From an uncultured virus (IMG/VR IMGVR_UViG_3300030104_003662) (taxonomy: Duplodnaviria; Heunggongvirae; Uroviricota; Caudoviricetes), in the IMG/VR virus record IMGVR_UViG_3300030104_003662, positions 62,001-96,799 of that record: a DNA stretch of 34,799 nt. The stretch is one strand, 5' to 3'. The notes beneath the pieces were generated by a model. The model did no database searches and was not told where the DNA came from. It worked only from the letters and a program-made list of their open reading frames with translations. Both the position numbers and the translations under genes were made by a program. Below are positions 1 through 10,045 of this stretch, one piece after another (the first letter of the stretch is position 1; every line of letters begins with the position of its first letter).

Positions 1-1
1 C

Positions 2-535
2 CAAAATACAAATGCTACTGATTCTACAATTGATTTCCTTTATCGCCCTGCTCAAGTGCTGGATAACAAGCATGTACAACTATTCAGACCAGCGCCTGTG
101 ATAAGTGCTGACGATACTGACGGGGATGACACTATACAGGGCGGCTCTAACTTTTACAGAGCGACAGCCGGAGGTAAATACGGGCTATTCACAAGTGATG
201 CTCCGGGCGCTTTGACTGGCACTCCAAGTAGCCCACCGTATGCACCTGTTTACTCAATTACCCCTACTTCTAGTACAACTGTGCCTACAAGCCAAGGTCC
301 TAAGATTCAGGGTGTAGATGTGACAGGATATAACAAGGCTGACATACGCTCACCTGTGGCGAGAGTAGTTATGACTGAAAATACACTTGAACACTTTAGA
401 GCAGATGCAAGTCGTAAATCACCTGATGATGAAGAAGGCGATTTTAATGTACAGCCAAGATATAGCCAAACATTGCATCCAAAGGGTAGTGACGGTGATG
501 CATCTTATAATACAGGAGACCATAGCGGGGAGTGA
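2..535 (+). CDS. 5'-truncated late/virion (probable tail-associated) protein, C-terminal part
   Basis: The frame is open from base 2 (QNTNATDSTIDFLYRPAQV...), so the GTG at 56 is internal. G/S/T/D-rich composition; same strand as and coupled to the tail-like genes. Confidence 0.55.
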   Translation, partial: QNTNATDSTIDFLYRPAQVLDNKHVQLFRPAPVISADDTDGDDTIQGGSNFYRATAGGKYGLFTSDAPGALTGTPSSPPYAPVYSITPTSSTTVPTSQGPKIQGVDVTGYNKADIRSPVARVVMTENTLEHFRADASRKSPDDEEGDFNVQPRYSQTLHPKGSDGDASYNTGDHSGE

Positions 536-537
536 GT

Positions 538-2241
538 ATGGCACTAGGTAAGAACACAATCACTGGTCGTTCCAATGCGAGTCAAAATACTATCATGAAG
601 CGTATCCGCAAGCCTAAGTTTGTGGATAACGGTATGCGCCATGCTGAGTATAACAAGGTACAAAGTGGGTTTTCTGCAAAAGCACCCACTGCAACGGACT
701 TTGTACCGACGCATGACCGTAAGTACACACTTGTAGAAGAAGAAGATACTATCCGTTTGACTCATAAGATGAGCGACGGTCATAAGTATACGGGTAGTAT
801 ATTCTTTGATAGTGACGAAGTTTCACTCAATCGTTACACCTTGCCTCCTTTGTTAATCGGCGGAGATGACCCTTCACAGTCACTTGTTGTCTCGGCATTA
901 GTTTCACCTCAAACCGAGTTAGACGATGTGTTGAGTGCCACCGACGGTACTCGTTATCGAATTGGTAATATGAAAGGTAAAGAATTGAAACAGGTTGGAT
1001 TTACTAGCAAAACGGTTCACATAGGTCAGAAAGTCAATGTCGGATTGCGTACAACTGACCTCGTTGCTAGGCTTGCCAAGGGTACTACCAACTCGCTCAA
1101 CGGATTGAGCATAAATAACCCAAGTGGCACATTCGTAGCACAGGATTTCTACGGCGTAGATGGCATAACTGCCATGAGGTTCTTATCTAAGCACGATGGA
1201 TATAACACTACTACCGACCAGTTTGGAAACTTGCATTATTCTCACCAAAAGAAGCACAACAGGGAGCACTATGTTACCCAATCTATGGTGACAGAAGGCT
1301 CTGTTGAAAATGCCAGTAAAAGCACACCTAATCGTGTCATAGTAAGGGGCAAATCAAGGGCTAATAACGATGACAATACGGTACAAATAGATGATTTAGG
1401 CCCTCAAGTAGATGGTGTCAATGAAATACCGGGCGGTATATACGCACCTACTGCTGTTACCAAAGCAAGTGCTAGAAATATCGGTCGTAGGATGCTTTCT
1501 ATGTCTAAAAGAGCGACTGGTGGTGAAAAATTGATGGGAGTAGTTCACGCTTCTAATGTTCAGCCCGGAGATGTGATTTCATACGACACATTGACCGATT
1601 CACAAAGACAAGTAGTACTTTCTACTAAACACGACCTGATAAACGCTAAGTCTGAAATCAATATCAACTCAGTAGATGGCTCTTTAGAGGATATTTTACA
1701 AAGATTCCAAGAAGTAGACATTAGTTCTAGTACAAAGGATAACGAAGAGCGTAACCGACAATTTGGCAAAGAAGACTTCTTTACATCGTTTGGTTTCAAT
1801 ATCAAGGTGTCTTGGCAAGTAGAAGAACGCAGTATCAGGAATCCGACAAAAGGTATGGCAATAGGTATACCTAGTAAATCTACCATACACGGCGGTAGGC
1901 ATTTGAAAAGTACAGGTATTTTGATTAACAACGGAGGAGGTTATGCAGTTAATACTACTACATTTACCACTGATGGTACAAATGCTAATTCTGTATTCAC
2001 ATCAAGTATAATTAGCGCAGGTAAGGCAGATGCCTTTGTCTACAGGTCCAATGGTAACTTGTTAGGTAAACTCAGTTCTGCTGGTACTAACCAAGTCGTA
2101 ATTACTAAAAAATCACCTGATTTAGTCAAGGATAATGAAGAATTATTCCAAATATCCATAGATAGTTTGCCCGAATCTTACAATAACCACTTAACTATAG
2201 GGCTGAACAAAGGAACATACTCAAGTAGAAGGAGAGGCTGA
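538..2241 (+). CDS. Putative baseplate hub / tail tip (Tal, gp27/Mu gp44-like) protein
   Basis: About 567 aa. The segment PNRVIVRG...A.A...G...L...QPGDVI resembles hub-protein signatures, and there is a G/T/N-rich C-terminal beta insert. ATG 538 follows GGGGAG; the track starts it at GTG 532. Confidence 0.5.
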   Translation: MALGKNTITGRSNASQNTIMKRIRKPKFVDNGMRHAEYNKVQSGFSAKAPTATDFVPTHDRKYTLVEEEDTIRLTHKMSDGHKYTGSIFFDSDEVSLNRYTLPPLLIGGDDPSQSLVVSALVSPQTELDDVLSATDGTRYRIGNMKGKELKQVGFTSKTVHIGQKVNVGLRTTDLVARLAKGTTNSLNGLSINNPSGTFVAQDFYGVDGITAMRFLSKHDGYNTTTDQFGNLHYSHQKKHNREHYVTQSMVTEGSVENASKSTPNRVIVRGKSRANNDDNTVQIDDLGPQVDGVNEIPGGIYAPTAVTKASARNIGRRMLSMSKRATGGEKLMGVVHASNVQPGDVISYDTLTDSQRQVVLSTKHDLINAKSEININSVDGSLEDILQRFQEVDISSSTKDNEERNRQFGKEDFFTSFGFNIKVSWQVEERSIRNPTKGMAIGIPSKSTIHGGRHLKSTGILINNGGGYAVNTTTFTTDGTNANSVFTSSIISAGKADAFVYRSNGNLLGKLSSAGTNQVVITKKSPDLVKDNEELFQISIDSLPESYNNHLTIGLNKGTYSSRRRG

Positions 2242-2242
2242 T

Positions 2243-2599
2243 ATGCCATTATTAAACCAAGGAACTAGATACATGATAGACACGCTAAAAGGTAGAATTA
2301 ACGAAGTTATATTCGGATTCGGTGGCAATCTTGCCAGCCAAGACGATACGGGCGCATCGCAGCCAGCAATCGTTGTTACGCCCACAGTTAAGGTAATTGA
2401 CGACCATAGTTTGGCAATTGAAGCCAAATTGTCATTAGATAGTTCTTTTACGAGTCCTTTGAGGGAAGTAGTTGTGCAGTATAAGAATCCAAGCGATGCC
2501 ACCGATACTACCGCTTTACTTAGGTATACATACGACTCAATTACTAAGACTAACGACAATGAAGTTATTTTCTCAGCAATTATTGAGGTGAACGCATGA
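2243..2599 (+). CDS. Putative small tail/baseplate (collar-fibre-like) protein
   Basis: 118 aa with a FGFGG...LREVVV...ITKTND pattern typical of tail-module adaptor proteins; lies between two tail-like genes. Confidence 0.45.
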   Translation: MPLLNQGTRYMIDTLKGRINEVIFGFGGNLASQDDTGASQPAIVVTPTVKVIDDHSLAIEAKLSLDSSFTSPLREVVVQYKNPSDATDTTALLRYTYDSITKTNDNEVIFSAIIEVNA

Positions 2600-3795
2600 C
2601 GAATCCTATAGCAGGGCATACAAACGCAACCGGAATGGGCACTAGTGCCGAAGGACTAAGAGACGGAGATGGCTTGTCTTCTCCAAGTTTGACTAACTTA
2701 TACGAAGGTCTACATGGTAATGGTATAATCCGTATGTCTGACACCGCTATTGGGACTAGTCTTAGAAATAGCCTAGTCGCAAGTACTCCGGGTTACATCG
2801 AAGTAGGTGCTTCGGGTGCGCTGACAATACACGGTGGATGGTGCGTATTAGATGGAGTTCTGTACAAGTTCGCAGGTGGTCCGGGTTCAAGCCAAGCGAT
2901 AGTTGTAGGTACCACTGGTACTGCTAATTTCAATGGCGAATTACCGGCGGTACCCACCGCAGCAAGCGATGTCTATGTCGTAGTTTACATATGCTCCGAC
3001 GATACCCTAACTGGTAGGATTAGATACGAAGTTGGTACACCTGTAGCGCCCGCTGTAGGTACTCCTCTAATCCCGTCTAGTTTCCTCGCTGACCCTTCGA
3101 TAGACAATACTCGTAGCAATCACCAATCTATTGTATTGGGTATACTTAGATACAGTTTAGACCAAACCGCTGGTAACCTAATAGACGCACTCAATGACAC
3201 TCCTGTTTTGCATGACAGGCGTGTGTTTATCAGAAATAGCCCCATGTATATACAGCACATGACAAAGGGTGGAATAACCACCGGTACTAGTTTTCATACG
3301 GCTGCTAATGCAGTGAGGTTACACACTGATTTGAATGCACTTTATGCTAGTAATGAAGGTGGAGATTTGACTAATAGTGAGTTTGGCGCAGTTTGGCAGA
3401 GCCATACGCCTGATTCTCATTCTATGCTCTATTACGCCGCCTCTCGTACTCTAGGGGGCACCAAGGCCATGCATACCCATAGACTAGGGCCTGATGAAGT
3501 AAAGGTACTAACAATGTCAGGAGCAGATGTTACATTCAAGTTCGATGAGCCTAACATTTGGATTATTACTACTGACGCTGCTCGCAAACTCAATCCAACT
3601 GGTACATTCCCAGCAGGTCATACTGTCGAGATTTACCATAAGGCTGGGGCGCATACTCTCCACTTCGATTCTACGAGTGGAGGGCATAGTACTAACACTA
3701 AGATTAACCAAGATGTCGCTAATGGAGAATGCGGCAAGTTCGTGTACGATGGTGCAGATTGGCATAAAGTGAACTTAAACACGGTGAGTAGTTGA
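2596..3795 (+). CDS. Putative tail fibre / receptor-binding-associated virion protein
   Basis: 399 aa, Gly/Thr-rich. GWCVLDG and YVVVY motifs of distal tail proteins; C-terminal YDGADW typical of fibre tips; ATGA coupling. Confidence 0.5.
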   Translation: MTNPIAGHTNATGMGTSAEGLRDGDGLSSPSLTNLYEGLHGNGIIRMSDTAIGTSLRNSLVASTPGYIEVGASGALTIHGGWCVLDGVLYKFAGGPGSSQAIVVGTTGTANFNGELPAVPTAASDVYVVVYICSDDTLTGRIRYEVGTPVAPAVGTPLIPSSFLADPSIDNTRSNHQSIVLGILRYSLDQTAGNLIDALNDTPVLHDRRVFIRNSPMYIQHMTKGGITTGTSFHTAANAVRLHTDLNALYASNEGGDLTNSEFGAVWQSHTPDSHSMLYYAASRTLGGTKAMHTHRLGPDEVKVLTMSGADVTFKFDEPNIWIITTDAARKLNPTGTFPAGHTVEIYHKAGAHTLHFDSTSGGHSTNTKINQDVANGECGKFVYDGADWHKVNLNTVSS

Positions 3796-4046
3796 TGGGT
3801 AGACTCATTGACATGCTCAAGCAAAAGTGTGAAAGTTGTACTAAAGTTACACTGCCTCGCTCAATTTCAGGGAGATATATTTCAGGAGAAACCGCTGTAC
3901 TGCACGAGTGCTCTTATTGCGGTTACCTACGATTTCACGGCCAATTAGGTTTACTGGGTTTACGCAAGCGTAAGAGCAAAAGGGTTGCTAAACGGGCTAA
4001 CGGTAGACTATCCCAATATCTCAGGGAAATGGCTAAGAAGTTATAA
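3792..4046 (+). CDS. Small Zn-ribbon protein with basic C-terminal tail
   Basis: CESC...CSYC and a K/R-rich tail (RKRKSKRVAKR); coupled to the upstream stop; last + strand gene of the late module. Confidence 0.65.
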   Translation: MMGRLIDMLKQKCESCTKVTLPRSISGRYISGETAVLHECSYCGYLRFHGQLGLLGLRKRKSKRVAKRANGRLSQYLREMAKKL

Positions 4047-5543
4047 TCATTCACTCTTCTTGCCGATTATGTCATCTATTCGTAGGATACTGATTGTAAC
4101 TTCACTAGCAGATTGTATAGCCTGACGAACAAGAGCCAGCGGCTCCCATACATTCGCCTTAGACATAGAGCAAGCGCCGCCATTCTCAATATCAGGACCT
4201 GCATCAGAATTACCTTGCTGATGTTCATTCCTTAGCATCAATACAGTGTCTAATGCATCGTGACCGGCATTCTCTGCGATAGTAGCAGGTATAGACTCTA
4301 GTGAGTCGGCAAATGCATCAATTGCCATCTGTTCACGACCACCTGCTTCTGCTGCACGAGAGCGCAAATGAAGTGCAATGTTCTGATACGAAGAGCCTCC
4401 GCCGGGTACCACTCCCTTGGTTTGATAAGCGAGACAAACTACTCCCAATGCGTCTTCAAATCCACGCTCGGTTTCATCCAGTGTCTGCTTAGTAGCACCT
4501 CTTAGAATAAGTGTGGTTACCTCTCCAGCGCCCTTTACTACAATATACTTCATGTCACCAATAGTGGTACATTCGATGTCTGCATCTACTGCTTCAATCA
4601 AGTCATCAGGGGTATGCGCGATAGTAGCGCCCAGTAGTTTACATAGAGCGGTCATATCACTTTGAGGGATGCGCTGTACTACAGAAATACCTTGTTTAGC
4701 AAGAGTAGCGGCGACTACCTCATTTACACTGTCTCTAACGAGTACAGTTCCACCTTTGGGTAAAAGTGAGGCGATTTGCTGTCCCTTGTCGACCCAATTA
4801 TCCCTTGAAGATTGTCGCTTATATTGCTGATATTCGGCAGCAGAGCCTAAGTTTAACTGTACATTATCATCGGACTTAATGTCGCTCATACCGGTGTTGA
4901 TTAGGATAGTATCGCCGTTAGGCTTGAGCGGCATTGCGGGTAACATGAACTCCTTGTGTAGCACTACACCTGAAAAGCAAGAAGAGTCATCCAGCGCTCC
5001 TCCCGGCTGACATAGTACACGGATTCGCTCGTAGTCACCCTTGGCATTCTCGACAGCGTCGACGCACAGTTCACCTACATGATGCATGCTAGATTCCAGC
5101 GCTTTGCCTGTAATTGAAGTGGTCGCCACATGTAGTAGGTTATCCTTGGACTTCACTTTTAGTGATTCAAGGTGCTCAATAGCCCATCTACTGGCCTTTC
5201 TATAACCTCTGCATATCACATTAGCGTGTAGACCTTTGTTGAACAGAAGTTCGCTGTTTCCTAGCAATTCCCCTGCCAATACGACTGTACTTGTCGTACC
5301 GTCATAACACATATTCTCTTGAGTGTTAGCGGCCTCTACCACCATCTTGGCCGCTGGGTGGCCGATGTCTAATTGCTGTAGGATAGTAGCCCCGTCATTT
5401 GTTACAATGACATTGCCACCTCCGTCAACCATCATCTTATCCATTCCCATAGGACCAAGGGTTGTTTTCACGGTGTCAACTGTTCGTTTCGCTGCTCTTA
5501 TATTGTGCACTACTGCACTTGCGCTCGTATCATTATCTTGCAT
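4047..5543 (-). CDS. ths: Thermosome (group II chaperonin) subunit
   Basis: [49 protein letters not shown]: canonical group II chaperonin motifs; 498 aa. Confidence 0.97.
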   Translation of the reverse strand: MQDNDTSASAVVHNIRAAKRTVDTVKTTLGPMGMDKMMVDGGGNVIVTNDGATILQQLDIGHPAAKMVVEAANTQENMCYDGTTSTVVLAGELLGNSELLFNKGLHANVICRGYRKASRWAIEHLESLKVKSKDNLLHVATTSITGKALESSMHHVGELCVDAVENAKGDYERIRVLCQPGGALDDSSCFSGVVLHKEFMLPAMPLKPNGDTILINTGMSDIKSDDNVQLNLGSAAEYQQYKRQSSRDNWVDKGQQIASLLPKGGTVLVRDSVNEVVAATLAKQGISVVQRIPQSDMTALCKLLGATIAHTPDDLIEAVDADIECTTIGDMKYIVVKGAGEVTTLILRGATKQTLDETERGFEDALGVVCLAYQTKGVVPGGGSSYQNIALHLRSRAAEAGGREQMAIDAFADSLESIPATIAENAGHDALDTVLMLRNEHQQGNSDAGPDIENGGACSMSKANVWEPLALVRQAIQSASEVTISILRIDDIIGKKSE

Positions 5544-5571
5544 ATATTTCCCTCTCTTTTTGTTATTTGAA

Positions 5572-6180
5572 TCACCAATCTACTTCGTATTCTTTGACTT
5601 CGCCCGATGACCTGCACCGGGCTTTTATGAGTCCCTCATCTACGCCGTGACGCCATAGTTCATAAACTAATTCCGCATCTTTGAGGCAATACTCAGCGAC
5701 TTTGCTGTGATTACCCTTTCTCCACTCTATTGGGGCGTCGTGACTAGTCATGAGTTTACCTTTACCAAGAGTATGGTAACAGGCATCTGACAATGGGACA
5801 GCGTGACCGACTATACCTTTGAGCAAAGCAGATGTGTCAAAAACTTGCTCGGCTGATTTGTTCATAATGTCCCTTGCAGTCCAGCAATCCAAAGCGTCTC
5901 GGAGTATAGGTAGGTCAAACATTTTCAAGTTATGACCGAGTACCATTCCTCCATCAGATACATGCTTGGCAAGGTCCTCTCCGAGTGTTTTAGGATGGAG
6001 TGACTTGATGATAGTACCTTCGGGTAGATATTTTTCTACATTTTCATTCGCGTAAACTACACCCTCGTTACCATCCCATGTAGCGACTACGCTAGGTTCA
6101 AACAAGTGAGTTTGACCCCAGCCTCCTATTTCATGAGAGTAATTTGCAGTCTCTATATCAAGTGCCAGCATCTTATTCAT
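5572..6180 (-). CDS. DEDD/RNase H-like 3'-5' exonuclease (YprB-like)
   Basis: ExoI LDIET, Exo[12 protein letters not shown], ExoIII YCLKD. Confidence 0.85.
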   Translation of the reverse strand: MNKMLALDIETANYSHEIGGWGQTHLFEPSVVATWDGNEGVVYANENVEKYLPEGTIIKSLHPKTLGEDLAKHVSDGGMVLGHNLKMFDLPILRDALDCWTARDIMNKSAEQVFDTSALLKGIVGHAVPLSDACYHTLGKGKLMTSHDAPIEWRKGNHSKVAEYCLKDAELVYELWRHGVDEGLIKARCRSSGEVKEYEVDW

Positions 6181-6218
6181 ATCATCCCTCTATTGTATTC
6201 CCAGTAAGTAGACACCTA

Positions 6219-7643
6219 TCACGCTTTCTTATTGTCTCTGTAATCAGCCCTTAGTCTAGCGTATTTTCTGACGCCTTCGTTTGTCTCTTCAAACACCTTG
6301 GCACCGAATGAATTGTACTTGTTGTTGATAGCGCTATCTGAACTCAAGTTAGCAATGACTCCGAATTGCTTCATCATCGAACTCTTTCTAACCCAGCCTA
6401 CTCCTCTGTTATCGTCAAAGTCAAACTTTTCACATCGCTTGAATGCCTCTTTCCAAGCACCTTCTAATTTCTGCTTTTCCTTACCAACCATACCGACTTT
6501 CACTTCTGATTCTAGCCAGTGTATCAAGTTCTGATATAGGTCGTAAAGGATTTCCTTAGCCATGTCTACATGTTCACCAGTGACTACCCAAACACCTTCT
6601 ATCATAGCCATGTGATGCGCCAATACATTTGTGTAATTCTGTAGACCCATGATGAAAGAAGCACATACGCCTTGCTTTTGCGGGTCCATGTCTTCTATTG
6701 AATCATAGTAGTCGTCTATTGCCAAGTGTAGCGCTGGGTGGAAAGAGGGGTGCACTGTGAACAAATCATCCATTATTGCCAAAACCGTAGAGTCTTGGTC
6801 TTCTTCATTCATGTCATTCCACTCCATATCGTTCAATCCAGTCAACTTGAATACCCTCTGCTTGAGGTTCTTCTGAATGTTGATGAAATGTTCTATGACC
6901 TTTTCAAATGACATAGTGAAGTCGGGCTTACTGTGCACAGCGTCTGCTAATTCGTGGGCGATTTCTCTTTTCATTTCAAGAGTCCAATGTCGCCAGTAGG
7001 TCAGTACTCTTTGGAAAATACCTTTGTCAAGTACATGCTCTTTGATACCGTTAGGCGGGTATGTGGTAATCCAAAGAGATACTTCGGATTTGATTTCAAA
7101 TGTGTCTCTAGCCATGTGTTTGACCAGTATGTTACGACCTGTACCTGATGAGTTCAGCGCCGTTTGAAGGAACAGTGTTGTATTCTCATTGTGCTGGCCG
7201 GTTTTCAGCAAAATGGACCCTTCGTCAAAGTTAAGTCCCTTTCTACCTGCCAGTAGACCTGCTCTTACTATTTGGTCAGGGTTTCTCCTATCTTCTGATT
7301 CGGGGTCGTCTACAAGCGTACCGACAAGTGCAGCATCGTTACCCGACGCATAGTCAGTGGACTGTAAGCCAGCGCCTTTCAGTACCTGCTCTATCACTTG
7401 GTATGCTGCTGATTTACCGGTACGAGTACCTTGAATCCAAAACATACTCACACGAGGGTCAAGGTTACTACCACCCACAGGGATGCGGACATAAGGTATG
7501 GCCGCCTGACCTTGTATGAAAAAGAAGGACAGTAGCCCCGGTATTTCATTATTTTTTGACACTTGGTTAAAGTGCTCTAAGTAACCCTTTAGAATTGGGT
7601 ATCTATGCACGCATTCGTAGTTATCTGCTCTATGTTCCATCAT
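6219..7643 (-). CDS. MCM-like AAA+ replicative helicase (compact)
   Basis: Walker A GTRTGKS, AALVG and GLL segments like the MCM box, Walker B FDEG, putative Arg finger FQR, VTGEHVDMA helix typical of MCM/Mg-chelatase clade C-terminus; replisome context. Confidence 0.65.
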   Translation of the reverse strand: MMEHRADNYECVHRYPILKGYLEHFNQVSKNNEIPGLLSFFFIQGQAAIPYVRIPVGGSNLDPRVSMFWIQGTRTGKSAAYQVIEQVLKGAGLQSTDYASGNDAALVGTLVDDPESEDRRNPDQIVRAGLLAGRKGLNFDEGSILLKTGQHNENTTLFLQTALNSSGTGRNILVKHMARDTFEIKSEVSLWITTYPPNGIKEHVLDKGIFQRVLTYWRHWTLEMKREIAHELADAVHSKPDFTMSFEKVIEHFINIQKNLKQRVFKLTGLNDMEWNDMNEEDQDSTVLAIMDDLFTVHPSFHPALHLAIDDYYDSIEDMDPQKQGVCASFIMGLQNYTNVLAHHMAMIEGVWVVTGEHVDMAKEILYDLYQNLIHWLESEVKVGMVGKEKQKLEGAWKEAFKRCEKFDFDDNRGVGWVRKSSMMKQFGVIANLSSDSAINNKYNSFGAKVFEETNEGVRKYARLRADYRDNKKA

Positions 7644-8355
7644 TGTAATTCCCTCTCTTATTGTATTTCCTCTGAATCTTAACCGGCTCTTCTGATGTCA
7701 GTACATCTAGTAATCTTTTCCTCAATGTAGCCCCCATACCCTTTACTTGCTTTAGTGATTCTTGGAATAACATCTCTTCTATCGACCCGCATTTCTCAAG
7801 TGTCCGCTCGACTAACTCAGGTCCGAATCCGGGCACCGTTAAAAGCATGTCTGCTCGGACATCGTTTGTACTTACACGAGTAACTGCCCTTGCACCGTGC
7901 CTACTTGCGGGCTTGTGTAGTTTGGAATGTAACTTAGTGATGAACATACCCGCTTCTGAGTGGTCCTTCGCTCTATAGATATGACAATCGAAGTCTGCCA
8001 TGATTCTTGCGAATGTACCTAGTAGTTCATTCATTACTTTGGAATAGGAAATGTTGCGACCTTGTTTTTTACTCATGGCTACATACTTAGCGAGGTCGCC
8101 GTGTACCACTAGGAAAACTCGCTCGCAATTAGAGTCAAGGTTTTCCATTTGTCTCATAAGATGACCACTGTGACTTGACTGGAAAAAGTCACTTAGGCTC
8201 TTGCACTCAACATGACCCGCGCCTACCTTGTAATCGCCTAGTCCTTGTAAATGCTCTTGACTAACTGCAAAGCCTTGTTTTTCAGACAAACGGATGACAG
8301 AGTCTCGTAGAGGCCCCCGCTCGTTAGAGTCTATGATTAGGTTAGGTATCTTCAT
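7630..8355 (-). CDS. XPF/ERCC4-family structure-specific nuclease with tandem HhH
   Basis: IIDSNE, GDY, VECKSLSDF (ERKxxxD variant), HhH motifs PGFGP and KGMGA. Likely start is ATG 8355 (SD GAAGGTG), not 8511. Confidence 0.88.
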   Translation of the reverse strand: MKIPNLIIDSNERGPLRDSVIRLSEKQGFAVSQEHLQGLGDYKVGAGHVECKSLSDFFQSSHSGHLMRQMENLDSNCERVFLVVHGDLAKYVAMSKKQGRNISYSKVMNELLGTFARIMADFDCHIYRAKDHSEAGMFITKLHSKLHKPASRHGARAVTRVSTNDVRADMLLTVPGFGPELVERTLEKCGSIEEMLFQESLKQVKGMGATLRKRLLDVLTSEEPVKIQRKYNKRGNYNDGT

Positions 8356-8468
8356 CCAAACACCTTCTCCTTTATCCAGTAAATAGGGTATAGTACCACT
8401 ACGATAGGTAGTAGAATGGCTATTATTAGTATAGCCTCTGCGGTCTGTACCCATACATTGTCTTTCAT
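8352..8468 (-). CDS. 38-aa single-pass membrane microprotein (not in ORF track)
   Basis: MKDNVWVQTAEAILIIAILLPIVVVLYPIYWIKEKVFG*; SD GGAGGG; ATGA overlaps with both neighbours. Confidence 0.7.
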   Translation of the reverse strand: MKDNVWVQTAEAILIIAILLPIVVVLYPIYWIKEKVFG

Positions 8469-8689
8469 TTATTACCCTCCTTTGGAGTATGAAAATGGCA
8501 AAAGTCACCATCTACTTTGGCCCACTGCCCGCATCTTTTTTGCTGCTTAGTGATACCTTGGCACCTGTATTCGTCAGGTGGGGTTTTGTTGTTACAGTGA
8601 AAGCATATGCTGCGCTTGGACCTATTGTTCACTTTGATGCCCTTTTTGCATATGGCGCACTCAGCGCCATGAAATGAGTGTTGCTTCAA
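8465..8689 (-). CDS. Double Zn-finger protein (C-terminal CxGxTKxxxRC...CxxH, DUF5763-like)
   Basis: CAIC...CFHC plus CQGITKQQKRC...CHFH. Likely TTG start at 8689 overlapping the primase stop. Confidence 0.6.
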   Translation of the reverse strand: MKQHSFHGAECAICKKGIKVNNRSKRSICFHCNNKTPPDEYRCQGITKQQKRCGQWAKVDGDFCHFHTPKEGNK

Positions 8690-9780
8690 ATTATCGCCCC
8701 CGTCTTGTCCCAGTAACGGCACTTTCCAAGGCAGAGACCTTTACTCCATAACATTTTACATGTCTGAGGGTAGTCTGTACCTACAATTGTACCAACTTGA
8801 TAACGAGTAGTACCTTCGTCAAAGTCAGCCCATTGTAAAGAGCGTATGTAATCTACAATCATATCACTGTGTTTTTCTATATCTTCGGCAGATATTTGAT
8901 TCGTTTTGTTGAAGTTTCTAAGGCGCTGTGATAAGTACTTGACTAACTGTACACGAGCGTCATGGCTAGGGTTACTACCGACCTGACAAGCGGCAGAGTT
9001 CAAGCAGGGTAATATGATTATACCATCCATCGAGACAGTATCTAGGTCAAGAGGCTTGGCGGCTGGGTCAAAAATCTGAGCGCGCTCGCTAGGCTTTTTC
9101 ACATCCAGTACTATACCTGATTCTCCATATGACATAAGCCCCGCCTTCGGTTGCTCTGCTATTTCCATAATGTGTTCTATTCCCCTCTCCATGTCATTTG
9201 TGTTGAGGGGTATACTCCAATAGCCGCGCTTGGCATTATAGGAGTTAGGAATACGAATCATGCCACTGGTATTGAAAGGCACTGCGGGGTCTGAGCAAAA
9301 CAAATCTAAATCTTTAATCCAGTCATTCACTAACTGCATACCTGCTTCTTGGATAGAAGACAAGTGACCTCCGCTACCGGGAGTATATGCTTTGTCTAAC
9401 TGTACCCATACATGGAATCCGCCCCCGCTGTACCAAACTGCATGTGATACCTTTCTATCCAGTAGGTAGTGATGTAATTTGAGAGTCTGAGATAGCGCTA
9501 CTTCTATCTCCACATCGGGCCTCCTCCTGTCTCTAAAGTTCTTAGCATCAAAGTCCAATACGAAGTGTCGTATAATCGGTGTAGTCAAATCTACTCTTTT
9601 GTTGTAAGGCTGCTGTGTCGCTCTATACCCGTACACTGTCATATACGCATTGGATACGCCGTTTTTACCAGCCCAGTATGTCTCTAAATCTTCACTGTTA
9701 CGGACTATTTTTCTAAAGCCTTTGCCTTTCTCAGTACTGAGTTCCATTACCTCCCTTGGGAAATCAAATACTATTTTCAT
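8686..9780 (-). CDS. priS: Archaeo-eukaryotic primase, PriS catalytic domain fused to PriL-like Fe-S domain
   Basis: VLDFD, YSGGGFHVW, D...IRIPNSYN (AEP motifs). C-terminal LPC...PSHDAR...FDEGTTRYQV...TC...GLC..KC (PriL-CTD cysteines). ATG 9780 follows SD GGTGA. Confidence 0.88.
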   Translation of the reverse strand: MKIVFDFPREVMELSTEKGKGFRKIVRNSEDLETYWAGKNGVSNAYMTVYGYRATQQPYNKRVDLTTPIIRHFVLDFDAKNFRDRRRPDVEIEVALSQTLKLHHYLLDRKVSHAVWYSGGGFHVWVQLDKAYTPGSGGHLSSIQEAGMQLVNDWIKDLDLFCSDPAVPFNTSGMIRIPNSYNAKRGYWSIPLNTNDMERGIEHIMEIAEQPKAGLMSYGESGIVLDVKKPSERAQIFDPAAKPLDLDTVSMDGIIILPCLNSAACQVGSNPSHDARVQLVKYLSQRLRNFNKTNQISAEDIEKHSDMIVDYIRSLQWADFDEGTTRYQVGTIVGTDYPQTCKMLWSKGLCLGKCRYWDKTGAII

Positions 9781-9784
9781 GGAA

Positions 9785-10045
9785 TCACTCACCATGAGAA
9801 TGGTCAGGGCAGAACGAAGCAAGTACCTTTGTCAGTTTACCCGTATCTTGTAACAGGTTATTGTTTAGACTAAGGTACATAGGTCCTTTAGGCCCACCTT
9901 CGGGGTCAAACTCATACAGGCTCTTCTGTATAGCAACCGTGTAGGGTCTGTCTTGGCCCAAATGCCCAAAGTCTACTACAACTGGTCTTTTCACAATTTC
10001 AGTCATCAGTGTTTCTATAGTTCTCTTCATCATATTTTTATTCAT
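9785..10045 (-). CDS. Hypothetical protein (86 aa)
   Basis: Tiles exactly between the nuclease and primase genes; SD GGAGG upstream. Confidence 0.65.
   Translation of the reverse strand: MNKNMMKRTIETLMTEIVKRPVVVDFGHLGQDRPYTVAIQKSLYEFDPEGGPKGPMYLSLNNNLLQDTGKLTKVLASFCPDHSHGE

Noticed and set aside
5544..5571. Fifth promoter copy upstream of the thermosome (AAATAACAAAAAGAGAGG)
   Set aside because: Only weak resemblance; it lacks GTTCCG and the TTATAAAT box.
8356..8511. Track start positions for ERCC4 and similar over-extended starts (9822, 11754, 15747, 20594, 21935, 22788, 23423, 26711, 28988, 31951, 32575, 33256)
   Set aside because: Downstream starts have clear SD motifs and/or stop-start overlaps, and avoid long overlaps with upstream genes.
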